This document shows positions 1-9,168 of a DNA stretch of 15,853 nucleotides, one piece after another. Position numbers and translations under genes: made by a program. Under the pieces are notes generated by a model that made no database searches, was not told the DNA's origin, and was given only the letters and a program-made list of their open reading frames with translations. This DNA comes from Candidatus Asgardarchaeum abyssi. Its GTDB lineage: Archaea > Asgardarchaeota > Asgardarchaeia > Asgardarchaeales > Asgardarchaeaceae. Numbering within the stretch: the stretch's first letter is position 1; every line of letters starts with the position of its first letter. The stretch lies in the NCBI GenBank assembly GCA_040225955.1, contig JBECUL010000049.1:1-15853 (forward strand), in the 5' to 3' direction.

Positions 1-103
1 TACGGGGTCAAAGCCCCATACTGAACACCCATTTGAGGCGTGCCCGCCAGACTTATGACGGGGTCGAAGCCCCAAAAAATAAATCGGCGGCCCCTAGGCT
101 CCC
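1..103 (-). ncRNA. 5' part of a GC-rich structured transcript, probably a stable-RNA (pre-rRNA-like) leader; runs off the window edge
   Basis: Seen: GC-rich island ~25-30 nt downstream of the minus-strand TATA at 130-135; minus-strand hairpins TATGGGG-CTTTGA-CCCCGTA, TGGGG-CTTCGA-CCCCG and GGGCAC(G)CC..GGGTGTTC, whose G-U wobbles mostly favour the minus strand. No mature tRNA, 5S or 16S 5' end is visible, so the identity is inference. Confidence 0.5.
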
Positions 104-126
104 AATATTTGATAAAAAGGAGCGGC

Positions 127-153
127 AAGTTATAAGTTTTTCATTTCAGACTT
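127..153 (-). promoter_or_regulatory. Archaeal BRE/TATA promoter facing out of the left end
   Basis: Minus strand AAGTCTGAAATGAAAAACTTATAACTT: purine-rich BRE (GAAAAA) then TTATAA; 26/27 identical to 15777-15803 on the + strand. Confidence 0.75.
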
Positions 154-202
154 ATATAGTAAATTATATATTTTCGTCTTGAGTTTTGGTGCGTGAGGAA
201 TA

Positions 203-1924
203 ATGAGTGCTCCAGTTATAGAAGTGAAGAACTTAAATGTACGTTATAAAGAAGTCGTAAAGCCCACCCTGAAAAATATCTCATTTTCTATTAAAAAAGG
301 TGAGGTTGTGCTAATCTTAGGACCTAGTGGATCTGGTAAGACAACTCTAGCTCGTTGTCTAAATGGATTAATACCTCACAGTTATCCAGCTGATGTAAAT
401 GGGTATATTTCGGTTTCTGGTCTGGATCCACGTGAAACTCCACTCCATAAATTATCTTTAAAAGTTGGTACTGTTTTGCAAAACCCTGAAAATCAATTTG
501 TTGGATTGACTGTTGAAGAGGATGTTGCTTTTGGACTTGAGAACTTACTAGTTCCTAGAGAGAAGATGATAAAAATAATTGACGAGAGCTTGGAAAAAGT
601 AGGTATGCTAACATATAAGCATCGTTCACCACATGAGCTTTCTGGTGGTGAGAAACAGAAAGTTGCTATAGCTGGAATACTTGCGATGGCACCAGAGATA
701 TTTATCTTTGATGAACCACTTGCAAATTTGGATCCGATGAGCGCTGATGAAACACTAAGAATAATCAACATGTTGAATGAAAAGTATAATAAAACAATTA
801 TAATTATCGAACATCGTTTTGAGGAAGTACTTAATAACCTAACTAAATTAAATAGGGTTATTCTTATATCATCCGGATCCATTCTTTATAATGGTTCTCC
901 CTCTTCTCTAATAAGAGATTATAGCGAACTCTTAGAAAAAGTTGGGATTAGACTTCCGCTATATAGTGAAATTATTTACAAAGTTAAGAAGGAAAAGGGT
1001 AAACTTCTCGATGTTCCTATACCTATTTCTCTTGATGACGCCGTAAAAATTATTAAAAATGCTATATCACACGATTCACAAGTGTATTCAAGTCAAGCGA
1101 ATAACGAATACAAAAGATTATCTAATGAACCTGTAATTTCATTAAGAAATGTAAGCTTTGAATATCCTGGTGGGATACGTGCAGTAGAAAACGTAAGCTT
1201 TGATATATTCCCTGGTGAATCTGTTGCTCTGTTAGGTCACAATGGAGCTGGTAAAAGCACTTTAGCTCTATTAATGCTTGGTATTTTGAAACCAACATCT
1301 GGCGATGTAATCATAAATGGCCTTAACACGAAAGAAACAACAGTAGCACAAAATGCAAAAAATATAGGTTTAGTTATGCAGAATCCTGATCACATGCTAT
1401 TTCAAAAAACTGTTGAGTTGGAGTTGGAATTTGGTCCTAAAAACTTAGGATATGATAAGAAAAACATAGAGACCCTTGTTGAGAACGCTTTGGAAATTAC
1501 GAATCTGAAAAAATATCGAAAATGGCCCCCTATGGCATTAAGCTTTGGTCAAAGAAAAAGAGTTGGCTTGGCTGCAATTCTATCCATGAATAGTAAGATT
1601 CTCTTACTTGATGAGCCGACTGCTGGCCAAGATTGGAAACATACAAGGATGTTTATGACTTTTATTGAAAAACTTATTGATAGGGGATATACCCTAATTT
1701 TAATAACTCATGATATGAATCTAGCTTTGGAATATACTGAACGGGCTATAATTATGGCCAGGGGACGAAAAGTTGCCGATGGCCCCACAAAAGAAATTCT
1801 CTCAAATGATGAGGTTGTCTCTAAATCAAGATTGAAGCCAAGTACACTTATAACTCTCTCTAAAAGGTTAGGTCTTCCTGGATACATCTACAAAATATCT
1901 GATTTTATCAATTTAATCAATTAG
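203..1924 (+). CDS. ecfA: ECF transporter ATPase with two fused ABC domains (EcfA-EcfA')
   Basis: Two Walker A motifs (GPSGSGKT, GHNGAGKS), ECF-type Q-loops (LQNPENQF, MQNPDHML), signatures LSGGEKQ and LSFGQRK, Walker B motifs FIFDEP and LLLDEP; S and T genes lie downstream. Confidence 0.93.
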   Translation: MSAPVIEVKNLNVRYKEVVKPTLKNISFSIKKGEVVLILGPSGSGKTTLARCLNGLIPHSYPADVNGYISVSGLDPRETPLHKLSLKVGTVLQNPENQFVGLTVEEDVAFGLENLLVPREKMIKIIDESLEKVGMLTYKHRSPHELSGGEKQKVAIAGILAMAPEIFIFDEPLANLDPMSADETLRIINMLNEKYNKTIIIIEHRFEEVLNNLTKLNRVILISSGSILYNGSPSSLIRDYSELLEKVGIRLPLYSEIIYKVKKEKGKLLDVPIPISLDDAVKIIKNAISHDSQVYSSQANNEYKRLSNEPVISLRNVSFEYPGGIRAVENVSFDIFPGESVALLGHNGAGKSTLALLMLGILKPTSGDVIINGLNTKETTVAQNAKNIGLVMQNPDHMLFQKTVELELEFGPKNLGYDKKNIETLVENALEITNLKKYRKWPPMALSFGQRKRVGLAAILSMNSKILLLDEPTAGQDWKHTRMFMTFIEKLIDRGYTLILITHDMNLALEYTERAIIMARGRKVADGPTKEILSNDEVVSKSRLKPSTLITLSKRLGLPGYIYKISDFINLIN

Positions 1925-1927
1925 TGT

Positions 1928-1968
1928 GGACAACGTAGTGATTTATAAAAAATGTTGTCCAACTTTTT
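1928..1968 (+). terminator. Hairpin plus T-tract just after the ecfA stop
   Basis: GGACAACGT(1928-1936)...ATGTTGTCC(1952-1960) inverted repeat followed by AACTTTTT. Confidence 0.45.
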
Positions 1969-2374
1969 AGTAGTACTTGTACAAGCACAAGTTTGATAGA
2001 GTATGATTTACAGGATGTTTATTGTTGTTCGTGAGATCAATATTTTCAATCAGTAGAGACTTTACTTTTGGAAGATAGGCTACAAAATTTCTTTTTGAGA
2101 TTTACAATCTAATGACTTTGTGCATACTTTCACTTAAAACCATATAGTGATAGGACTTTATTTTAGTTCTTAGTGGGATGTTACAGTATTTTTCTGAATG
2201 ATTATGTTGGACAAATATGTTAAGCGTTATAATTATGTTCGTCTGCAAGTAGAAGTCGATTATGCGACATCTAGTGAAAAGTATTTCAACTGGAAACAAC
2301 TACATATTCGAAATGCCTGTATTCTTGATCTAACAGTTAGTTGATAAATTTAAAAATTTTTTATTTGAAATAAC

Positions 2375-2408
2375 TATTTTCTATTTGAATATATTTTCTA
2401 TTTAAATA
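2375..2408. repeat. 17-bp tandem direct repeat upstream of the ECF S-component gene
   Basis: TATTTTCTATTTGAATA (2375-2391) / TATTTTCTATTTAAATA (2392-2408), 16/17 identical, with partial copies on both sides. Confidence 0.6.
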
Positions 2409-2463
2409 TCTTTAAATATTTCCTTTTTTAAACATGTAAAAAAAATCGGAGGATATTAGAGAA

Positions 2464-3003
2464 ATGCCAGCAAAGTTAACAATCTCAACAAAGGATATTG
2501 TATTGATGGGTATTGGTGCTGCAATGTATGCTATCTTTGGTTCAGCAACCTTCTTTATTCCAGTGGGAGGCGTTAGCCTTAGGCCTGCTATTGCAATAGT
2601 AACATTCTTTGGTGCTATGTATGGTCCGATTGTTGGTTTTGTTGTTGGTGCTCTAGGAAACTTATTGCTCGACTTCACTTGGGGATCCTTCTGGTGGAAC
2701 TGGGACGTGGGTGTAGGTATAATTGGCCTGTTACCAGGAATTTGGTGGTACTTACGTAACGGTGAGATATCCACATCAAAAGATTTAGCAATGGTTGCTA
2801 TCTTAGGAGTAATTGGTTGCTTTGTAGGTTTGTTCTTTGCAGGGCTTATTGATATCGCAATGGGTATACCATTTGAAATAGTTATTTATGCATGGGTAAT
2901 CCCTGCAGCTGTTACCGATGCAATATTTGTTGCAATATTGACACCTATCTTTATTCAAGCAGTAAACTCGGCTAAGCCAAAACTTTTGGAGGAAAGTAAG
3001 TAA
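2464..3003 (+). CDS. ECF transporter S (substrate-binding) component, UPF0397-like
   Basis: 179-aa highly hydrophobic protein; N-terminal DIVLMGIGAAMYAIF, YGPIVGFVVGALGNLLLD and WWNW motifs typical of this S-component family; GGAGG RBS; lies between ecfA and ecfT. Confidence 0.88.
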   Translation: MPAKLTISTKDIVLMGIGAAMYAIFGSATFFIPVGGVSLRPAIAIVTFFGAMYGPIVGFVVGALGNLLLDFTWGSFWWNWDVGVGIIGLLPGIWWYLRNGEISTSKDLAMVAILGVIGCFVGLFFAGLIDIAMGIPFEIVIYAWVIPAAVTDAIFVAILTPIFIQAVNSAKPKLLEESK

Positions 3004-3031
3004 TTAAAAAGATCTTAAAGGGGTACCCAAT

Positions 3032-3886
3032 TTGGCATTTGCATTTAAGTATATTCGTGGCGAATCTGTAATACATAAACTTGATGTTAGAACTAAGTTA
3101 GGAATGGTTCTTCTACATACAGCTGCTGCAATTGTAATTTGGGATATACGAATGCTAGCAATTTTGTTAGTATTGGGTTTCCTTTGGTTATTCCTAGCAA
3201 AAATTGACTGGCATGAAATTAAAAAACCATTCACGGCTCTTTTGGTACTTCTTATTCTAGTTACTATTCTAACTAACATGTTTTATCCAACTATTGCTAC
3301 AAAGACACCACATATTCTATTTAGCTGGGGGCCTATAGTGATTGCTTACGAATCTATCATATATTCTCTTACTGTAACATGTAGGTATCTATCGATATTT
3401 CCCTTGGCAACATTGTTTATCTTAACAACGGACCCAAGTAAGTTGACTATTGCATTGTCTAAATTAAAGGTACCATACAAGTTAGCTTTCTCAGTTAATA
3501 TTGCTCTTAGGTATCTTCCAACTCTTATTGTTGATTATCAAATTATTACTAATGCTCAAAAAGCAAGGGGATTTGAGCTCGAGAAACTAACAGGTGGCTT
3601 TATTTCAAAAGTAAAAAGAACTGCTCCAATAATGGTTCCTATGCTTCTTTTGAGTATAAAGCGTGCAGAACAAGTTGCTGATGCAATGGACTTACGGGCA
3701 TTTGGAGCTTACAAAAAAAGAACTTGGCTGTATGATGTAAAGATGAAATACAGTGATTATGCTATGTTACTGTTCTACTTTGCTGTTTTAATATCCTATG
3801 TTTATCTGAGGATGTTTATTCTAACTACCTTATGGATCCCTCCATATAGTGAATTACAACACTTTCTAAATTGGGTACCCCTATAA
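3032..3886 (+). CDS. ecfT: ECF transporter transmembrane T component (EcfT/CbiQ family)
   Basis: IHKLDVRTKL N-terminus, LTTDPS, coupling-helix motifs AQKARG and AMDLRAF; TTG start. Confidence 0.93.
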   Translation: MAFAFKYIRGESVIHKLDVRTKLGMVLLHTAAAIVIWDIRMLAILLVLGFLWLFLAKIDWHEIKKPFTALLVLLILVTILTNMFYPTIATKTPHILFSWGPIVIAYESIIYSLTVTCRYLSIFPLATLFILTTDPSKLTIALSKLKVPYKLAFSVNIALRYLPTLIVDYQIITNAQKARGFELEKLTGGFISKVKRTAPIMVPMLLLSIKRAEQVADAMDLRAFGAYKKRTWLYDVKMKYSDYAMLLFYFAVLISYVYLRMFILTTLWIPPYSELQHFLNWVPL

Positions 3887-3887
3887 G

Positions 3888-4115
3888 ATGGTGATGAAAA
3901 TGAGTGAGAAAAACTTAAGAGTTGTTTTAGTTCAATTGACTACTTTGATGCTAATATTCGGATTTTACCTAATCTTTGCACCATGGATCATAGGATCCGG
4001 AATGGCCCTAGAAATGATTGGTGAAAACGTTTGGTATCTTGAAACTACAATACCCGGTCTAGTAATATTCTTTGGAGGTCTGTATGGTCTTCTGAAACTA
4101 CTTAAAAAAATATAA
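3888..4115 (+). CDS. Small two-TM membrane protein coupled to ecfT, function unknown
   Basis: Starts 1 nt after the ecfT stop (alternative ATG at 3900 after a GGTGA RBS); two hydrophobic segments and a basic C-terminus; followed by T-tracts. Confidence 0.7.
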   Translation: MVMKMSEKNLRVVLVQLTTLMLIFGFYLIFAPWIIGSGMALEMIGENVWYLETTIPGLVIFFGGLYGLLKLLKKI

Positions 4116-4140
4116 TTTTTTATCTTTTTTCTTTTTTATT
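4116..4140 (+). terminator. Archaeal oligo-T terminator
   Basis: Three T6 runs directly after the last gene of the ECF S-T unit. Confidence 0.6.
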
Positions 4141-4463
4141 GTAAACCAGTTTAAGCTTTTTCTTGCTTTTTGCTGAAGTTCTAAGTAAGTTATATGCAGG
4201 TTTGAATACAGATAGATCTCCCTTCCATTCCATTATTTCATCCTTTATATATGTTAGTAAACATGACCAGAAATTCATTTGTTTTCCTATGTATCATCAA
4301 GCCATTCATAAGCTCATGATATTCTGTGATATTACTTAATAATAATTATTTTAACATTGTAACTATAATATCATGGTAAAGTGAATGTTGGATAAAATTT
4401 ATTAGTGTTTTAATTATTTTATTGCAAATGCACAAAATTTGTCGATAGCGCGAGGGTTACATT

Positions 4464-5348
4464 ATGATAATTTGCAAAAATTTGACAAAATACTATGATA
4501 ATCATTTAGCTGTGGACCATATTAGCTTTCACGTTAAGAAGGGTGAAATTTTTGGATTCTTAGGCCCTAATGGTGCTGGAAAAACTACTACAGTTAGAAT
4601 GCTGAGTTGCCTAACAAAAATAAGTGAAGGAGAAGCTTTTGTTAATGGATATAGTGTTCTGAATGATAAGATTAATGTAAAACGAAGCATTGGCGTGGTG
4701 CAGGATATTGCAAATTTATTTGGGGATTTAACTGTAAAACAAAACTTACGATTCATGGCTGAATTGTATCATGTTGACAAAAAGAGAGTGGACGAAGTGA
4801 TTAAGCAATTTAAGTTGCCTGCTGATAAGAAATTCAATAAACTTTCCTTTGGATTTAGGAAAAGAGCAGTTCTTGCTGCAGCAGTTTTACATAACCCACC
4901 TATACTTTTTCTTGATGAACCTACGGTGGGTCTTGACGTAAGAGCTTCTAGAAATATTCAGAGGATGATTGTAGAGCTTAATAAGAATGGGCACACAATC
5001 TTCCTAACAACACATAATATGGCTGTGGCTGAAAAACTTTCTGATAGGATTGCAATTATTAATAAAGGAAAAATAGTCGCATTAGGAACACCACAAGAGC
5101 TTAAAAGTATGTTCACTAAATCGATAAAAATCGAGGTAGTTGTAGAAAATCTCAAGAATGGATTCCTAAATGATCTTAAGCAATTCCACCCACGTGCACA
5201 AGGTAATACTGTGATATTCTCTGCAAAAAACTTTCAAGAATTTTTAGATATCTTCTACCCAACAATCAAGAAATATGGAATAAAAGTAAAGTCAATTACT
5301 TCAAGTGGTGCTAATATAGAGGAAGTGTTTTTGGAGGTTACAAAATGA
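4464..5348 (+). CDS. ABC-2 type (DrrA/CcmA-like) exporter ATP-binding subunit
   Basis: GEIFGFLGPNGAGKTT, LSFG signature, LFLDEPTVGLD, TTHNM; overlaps the permease at ATGA. Confidence 0.93.
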   Translation: MIICKNLTKYYDNHLAVDHISFHVKKGEIFGFLGPNGAGKTTTVRMLSCLTKISEGEAFVNGYSVLNDKINVKRSIGVVQDIANLFGDLTVKQNLRFMAELYHVDKKRVDEVIKQFKLPADKKFNKLSFGFRKRAVLAAAVLHNPPILFLDEPTVGLDVRASRNIQRMIVELNKNGHTIFLTTHNMAVAEKLSDRIAIINKGKIVALGTPQELKSMFTKSIKIEVVVENLKNGFLNDLKQFHPRAQGNTVIFSAKNFQEFLDIFYPTIKKYGIKVKSITSSGANIEEVFLEVTK

Positions 5349-6055
5349 AAAACATATACTATCTTGCTAAAAAGGACTTTTTCCAATATTTCATAAAACC
5401 TGCGACTACCAGTTGGGGTATAATTTTTCCTATAGTCTTTGCCATGGCATTTATTGTTAGAGGGAGAGATATTAACTTCCTAGCACCTGGGTTGATTGCT
5501 ATTGCTTCATTTTTTGGAGCAACTTCTATGGCGTCCACGTCAATTACTTTTGAAAGAAGGTTTAAAGAATTTGAAAGATTAATATTAGCTCCACTTAGCT
5601 ATTGGGAAATTGTTTTAGGTAAGGTTGTAGGAAGTTTTATTTTTGGGTTGTTTGTTTCATTGATTACAACATTTATTACATTGCCATTTTTAGGAATTAA
5701 ACTAGGTAATCCTTTGCTGCTTGTTGTCGCAAGTGTTCTAGTGACTGTTGCATTTTCTTCAATGGGTGTTTTTATTGCACTTATAATAAAAGATCCTCGA
5801 AATATAATGATTGTTGTGAATTCTGTTCGCTTACCCATGATTTTCGTAAGTGGTGTATTTATACCATTATCTAAATCACCTGTTATTTTGCAATATATTT
5901 CTCTGCTTATGCCATTAACCTATACTGTAGAGCTTTTAAGATATGCTTTTACGTACAGTACATTTTTACCAATAGAAATTTCACTTATTGCAACGTTTGT
6001 ATGGTTCTTAATTTTCTTGATTTTAGCAGTGTATTCATTGGAAAGAAAGTATTAA
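5345..6055 (+). CDS. ABC-2 type exporter permease
   Basis: About six hydrophobic segments; FERLILAPLS..IVLGK, FVSGVFIPL and LMPLTYTVELLR motifs. Confidence 0.92.
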   Translation: MKNIYYLAKKDFFQYFIKPATTSWGIIFPIVFAMAFIVRGRDINFLAPGLIAIASFFGATSMASTSITFERRFKEFERLILAPLSYWEIVLGKVVGSFIFGLFVSLITTFITLPFLGIKLGNPLLLVVASVLVTVAFSSMGVFIALIIKDPRNIMIVVNSVRLPMIFVSGVFIPLSKSPVILQYISLLMPLTYTVELLRYAFTYSTFLPIEISLIATFVWFLIFLILAVYSLERKY

Positions 6056-6739
6056 TTCTTAACAAACAAGGAACATGTTGACACCTATCTCTTACTAAAA
6101 AGAAGAAAAAACCATATATGTTAATATCACGAATATTTGCACCGAAAGAAGTTAGAAATAAGTTGAATGAGAATTTAAAAAGCATAAGGAAATTTAGTGA
6201 ACAACAACTTATGTGGTTGAGGACTTCAAACGAACAGTAGTTAGGGATTTAATATTTTTGCGGAATTTAATTTTTGACTATGGTGTTAAAGAAGCACTTA
6301 AAAGACTTTCAGGTTGCCGAGAACCAGGCGTATATCGAATATAATCAGCATACTAGGTAGTGTAATTCTAGCGTTTAGAGAATATTTTTCAATACTTGAT
6401 GCGATAGATGTTTTAAAAATTCGGGCACCATTGCAGTGTTTTCATGGAGTTTCTATTATAGAGGATTCAACTAATTGCGTACATGCAAGTATTACTGAAG
6501 TAAATTTGCCAGATGAGCACGTTAGTATCTCATTTCGCTGCAAAGATTGCAGTATAGTAGATTTTATCAAAAGCCATAGAGCGGTTACTAACAAAATTAA
6601 GGATGTAGCGATTAATAATATTTCATGTAATTGCACCTTTTGTTTTACAAGTGTTGCACATTACTTATTAGGGTTATCTATTATACCGTTGAAAAAATAA
6701 ATGTGAGTGGCTTGAATGGCTTTAGAGCAACTAGTTTTT

Positions 6740-6901
6740 CTATTGATTGAAACAATTACTGCATTTTCTAATCTTTTTCTTAAGTGTCTCTACAAATTTA
6801 TTATACCACTTGAGTGCAACATCAGGAGTGCCTCTCCAAGATGGAGAGTGAAAAATATGATTTCCGAAATCATGAAACTTCTTGTAGATCTCTAGAATCA
6901 T
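6740..6901 (-). pseudogene. 53-codon ORF or gene fragment with a possible HEPN-like motif
   Basis: Manual translation MILEIYKKFHDFGNHIFHSPSWRGTPDVALKWYNKFVETLKKKIRKCSNCFNQ; the GNxxxH plus following helix resembles DUF4145-type HEPN C-termini by eye only. Confidence 0.25.
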
Positions 6902-7064
6902 TTATTGATAGTACTTTAACATACTTTAAGAACAGTTTCCCTAGCACATCAATAAAACTTTTAAACATTTTTTGAAAAAAGGAAAATTTCTCGGATCGTC
7001 TACTTATTGCTTTTATAAGCATTTTTTTAAATAGAATGAAATATTCATACGGGTGGTGATTCAT

Positions 7065-7496
7065 ATGCCGCTAAAGGAAGTTGAATCAGAGGTACTAAAA
7101 TACCATGCTTATGTTAAATGGAGAGGAAATGTACAGTCAGAGGTCACAATCAGGCATTTCAACTTGGTAGTAGACACAAAAACAGATGGTAATGATGAAG
7201 GGCCCAATCCAACAGAAGTACTACTTGCGGCAATTGGGGGATGTATGATAGTAAATTACGGAAGATTATCTAGAAAGATGAATCTTAAGATAGAATCTAT
7301 TGAAATTGACATAGATGCAGAAAGGCCGAAAATGAAAGCAAAGGTTACAAAGATAAAATATAAAATAAGAATAAGGAGCAACGAGTCATATGAGAAACTA
7401 GAACGGCTAAAAGAACTTGTGGAAAGAAATGGAACAGTTTTTAATACGATTAAGGAGGGTACAGAAATTGTTGGCAATTTAGAAGTTGTTAAATAA
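7065..7496 (+). CDS. OsmC/Ohr family protein, single-Cys variant
   Basis: DGNDEGPNPTEVLLAAIGGC motif; ATG at 7065 follows a GGTGA RBS (the ORF track starts at GTG 7053). Confidence 0.9.
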   Translation: MPLKEVESEVLKYHAYVKWRGNVQSEVTIRHFNLVVDTKTDGNDEGPNPTEVLLAAIGGCMIVNYGRLSRKMNLKIESIEIDIDAERPKMKAKVTKIKYKIRIRSNESYEKLERLKELVERNGTVFNTIKEGTEIVGNLEVVK

Positions 7497-7701
7497 AAAA
7501 TCGAGACCCCTCTACATTTTTTATCATATTGATTAATCTAGTTGAGGATTCGATGAATTTAATAATTGAGGGATTTTGTATGTAATAACGTCCCATTCTC
7601 TACAGAAAAATAAGCAATATCGCTAGGAAGTATCTTTCTTGAAGCGATTATTTTAGTTTATTTATTTGGTTATAAATAGTAAAGCTTTGCCTTAGTAACT
7701 T

Positions 7702-8061
7702 TTATTGAGTTACTTTTTCTTTAAAACAGTTAAGACCATTATATACTATCTTTGATCCCACTAACATTTGTTTAATTACTTGGTCTTTTAGCTCATCAGG
7801 AGTAACAATAACTATATCAGCTGGCAATCCAGTTGGTTTCAATTGATATATCTTTTTATAATCTTCAAGCGTTTTTTTCTGCAACACAATCATTATGTCA
7901 AAATCACTCGACTCTTTGTTAGTTCTTCTTCCTCTACTACCAAATAGAATTATTGTGATTTGCCCATTATATGCATTAATTAGCTTATCAACAAAATCGT
8001 TGAACATTTCTGGATATTTAAGAATCTGTTCACGTCTGTATTTGAATATCTCTAACTTCAA
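7702..8061 (-). CDS. Minimal nucleotidyltransferase (MNT), partner of the HEPN gene
   Basis: ILFGSRGR..SDFDIMIV (GSx10DxD) motif and a third Asp in ADIVIV; TTG start overlaps the HEPN stop. Confidence 0.9.
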   Translation of the reverse strand: MKLEIFKYRREQILKYPEMFNDFVDKLINAYNGQITIILFGSRGRRTNKESSDFDIMIVLQKKTLEDYKKIYQLKPTGLPADIVIVTPDELKDQVIKQMLVGSKIVYNGLNCFKEKVTQ

Positions 8062-8429
8062 AGTTTATCACTCCACTCTATGATTTTTTTAGCCATCTCT
8101 AAACAGTTCGAAGATAGGCTCTTATCATAACTTATTCCTTTGGTTCCTGGGTATCTACTCTCAATGTAATGTGGTGTTAAAAATTGAGCTGCCAGAAGCA
8201 CATCTTTTGGTACATCTATATCGACACATGCACATAGTTCTCTAAGTAAGACTGCGAGATCATGTGTAAATGAAAATGAGCCACACTTTTCTAAAAGTTT
8301 TCCTTTCAAGAAAAATTCAGCTGCTTGATGAGCATTAAAGCATACAAACCAATGCCTGTTCCTATTGAAAGCGTGCTCTGCCTCCTCTAGGAATTCTCTA
8401 CCTTTTTGTAACCAACTATTTGCATTCAT
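8058..8429 (-). CDS. HEPN domain protein (HEPN/MNT toxin-antitoxin-like pair)
   Basis: CFNAHQAAEFFLKG, FTHDLAVL and LTPHYIESRYP motifs; likely start ATG 8429 (the ORF track extends to 8453). Confidence 0.9.
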   Translation of the reverse strand: MNANSWLQKGREFLEEAEHAFNRNRHWFVCFNAHQAAEFFLKGKLLEKCGSFSFTHDLAVLLRELCACVDIDVPKDVLLAAQFLTPHYIESRYPGTKGISYDKSLSSNCLEMAKKIIEWSDKL

Positions 8430-8641
8430 ATAAATCACATTTTTATATCTCATTCCTTGGGTTAATTTAACTGTATCAAGAACAATATAAAAATCTTTTA
8501 TTTTTCAGTAACAGTAACTAGAATTCTCAATATAAAAAGTAAATTCAAGAAAACAATGCATATTTACTCCATTCCTCAAGAGTAGTTATGAAAAATTGGC
8601 ACGACCTTTTTCATATTGCCAATAATATATTCTATCAGTAT

Positions 8642-8689
8642 TTGACACTCTCCACTGCTAAAGCTGGGAGATTCTTGCTTCTATGGGTT
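8642..8689 (-). mobile_element. Orphan IS200/IS605 right end (copy 1)
   Basis: Minus strand AACCCATAGAAGCAA-GAAT-CTCCCAGCTTTAGCAGTGGAG-AGTG-TCAA: GAAT guide, GCTTTAGC-capped hairpin and TCAA cleavage site, the IS608-type right-end layout. Confidence 0.8.
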
Positions 8690-8851
8690 AAGCCCTTAGA
8701 AGAATGAGGATTCTGAAGACACATTATTTCAATTTTCTCTGTAACACCTCTGGAAAACAACTCAGTAATTGCATCTTGTTTTATACAAATATTGTTCTTG
8801 TCTACCTAAGCAAGGCTCTGAAGTGTTCCTCATATATAAATGAAAAAATTG

Positions 8852-8977
8852 TCAAAATCTTTTTCTTCTTCTAACAAGTATGTACACTGCAACAGCTACC
8901 ACTACTATTACAGTAGCTACTGCAACATCAGCAAAGTTGTATGGATATATTCCAAATGGAGCCGTTGCTTCATTCAT
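8852..8977 (-). CDS. 41-aa membrane peptide, or C-terminal anchor remnant of a surface protein
   Basis: MNEATAPFGIYPYNFADVAVATVIVVVAVAVYILVRRRKRF: one TM helix followed by a basic tail; in-frame stop shortly upstream; below the ORF-track size cutoff. Confidence 0.45.
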   Translation of the reverse strand: MNEATAPFGIYPYNFADVAVATVIVVVAVAVYILVRRRKRF

Positions 8978-9168
8978 AAAATAGGGGTCCTCATTTTAGG
9001 AAAATGAGCCGCGAAAAACTTTTTATATCCATAATCTTGCTGATTTATGCAACACTTTCACATAAAATCATCCACTAAGAGTTGAAACAGGGAACATCTC
9101 AATATACGGACAAAATTTTTCTTAATTACTACGAAGAATAAGACTGTTAACATATATATAATGTTGAG

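Noticed and set aside
2-74. CRISPR array
   Set aside because: Only two 17-nt units, no typical repeat terminus, no cas genes in the window.
6832-6848. Hairpin CTCTCCA-AGA-TGGAGAG as another IS end
   Set aside because: Lacks the GAAT or AAAG guide, the GCTTTAGC cap and the TCAA or TTAC sites.
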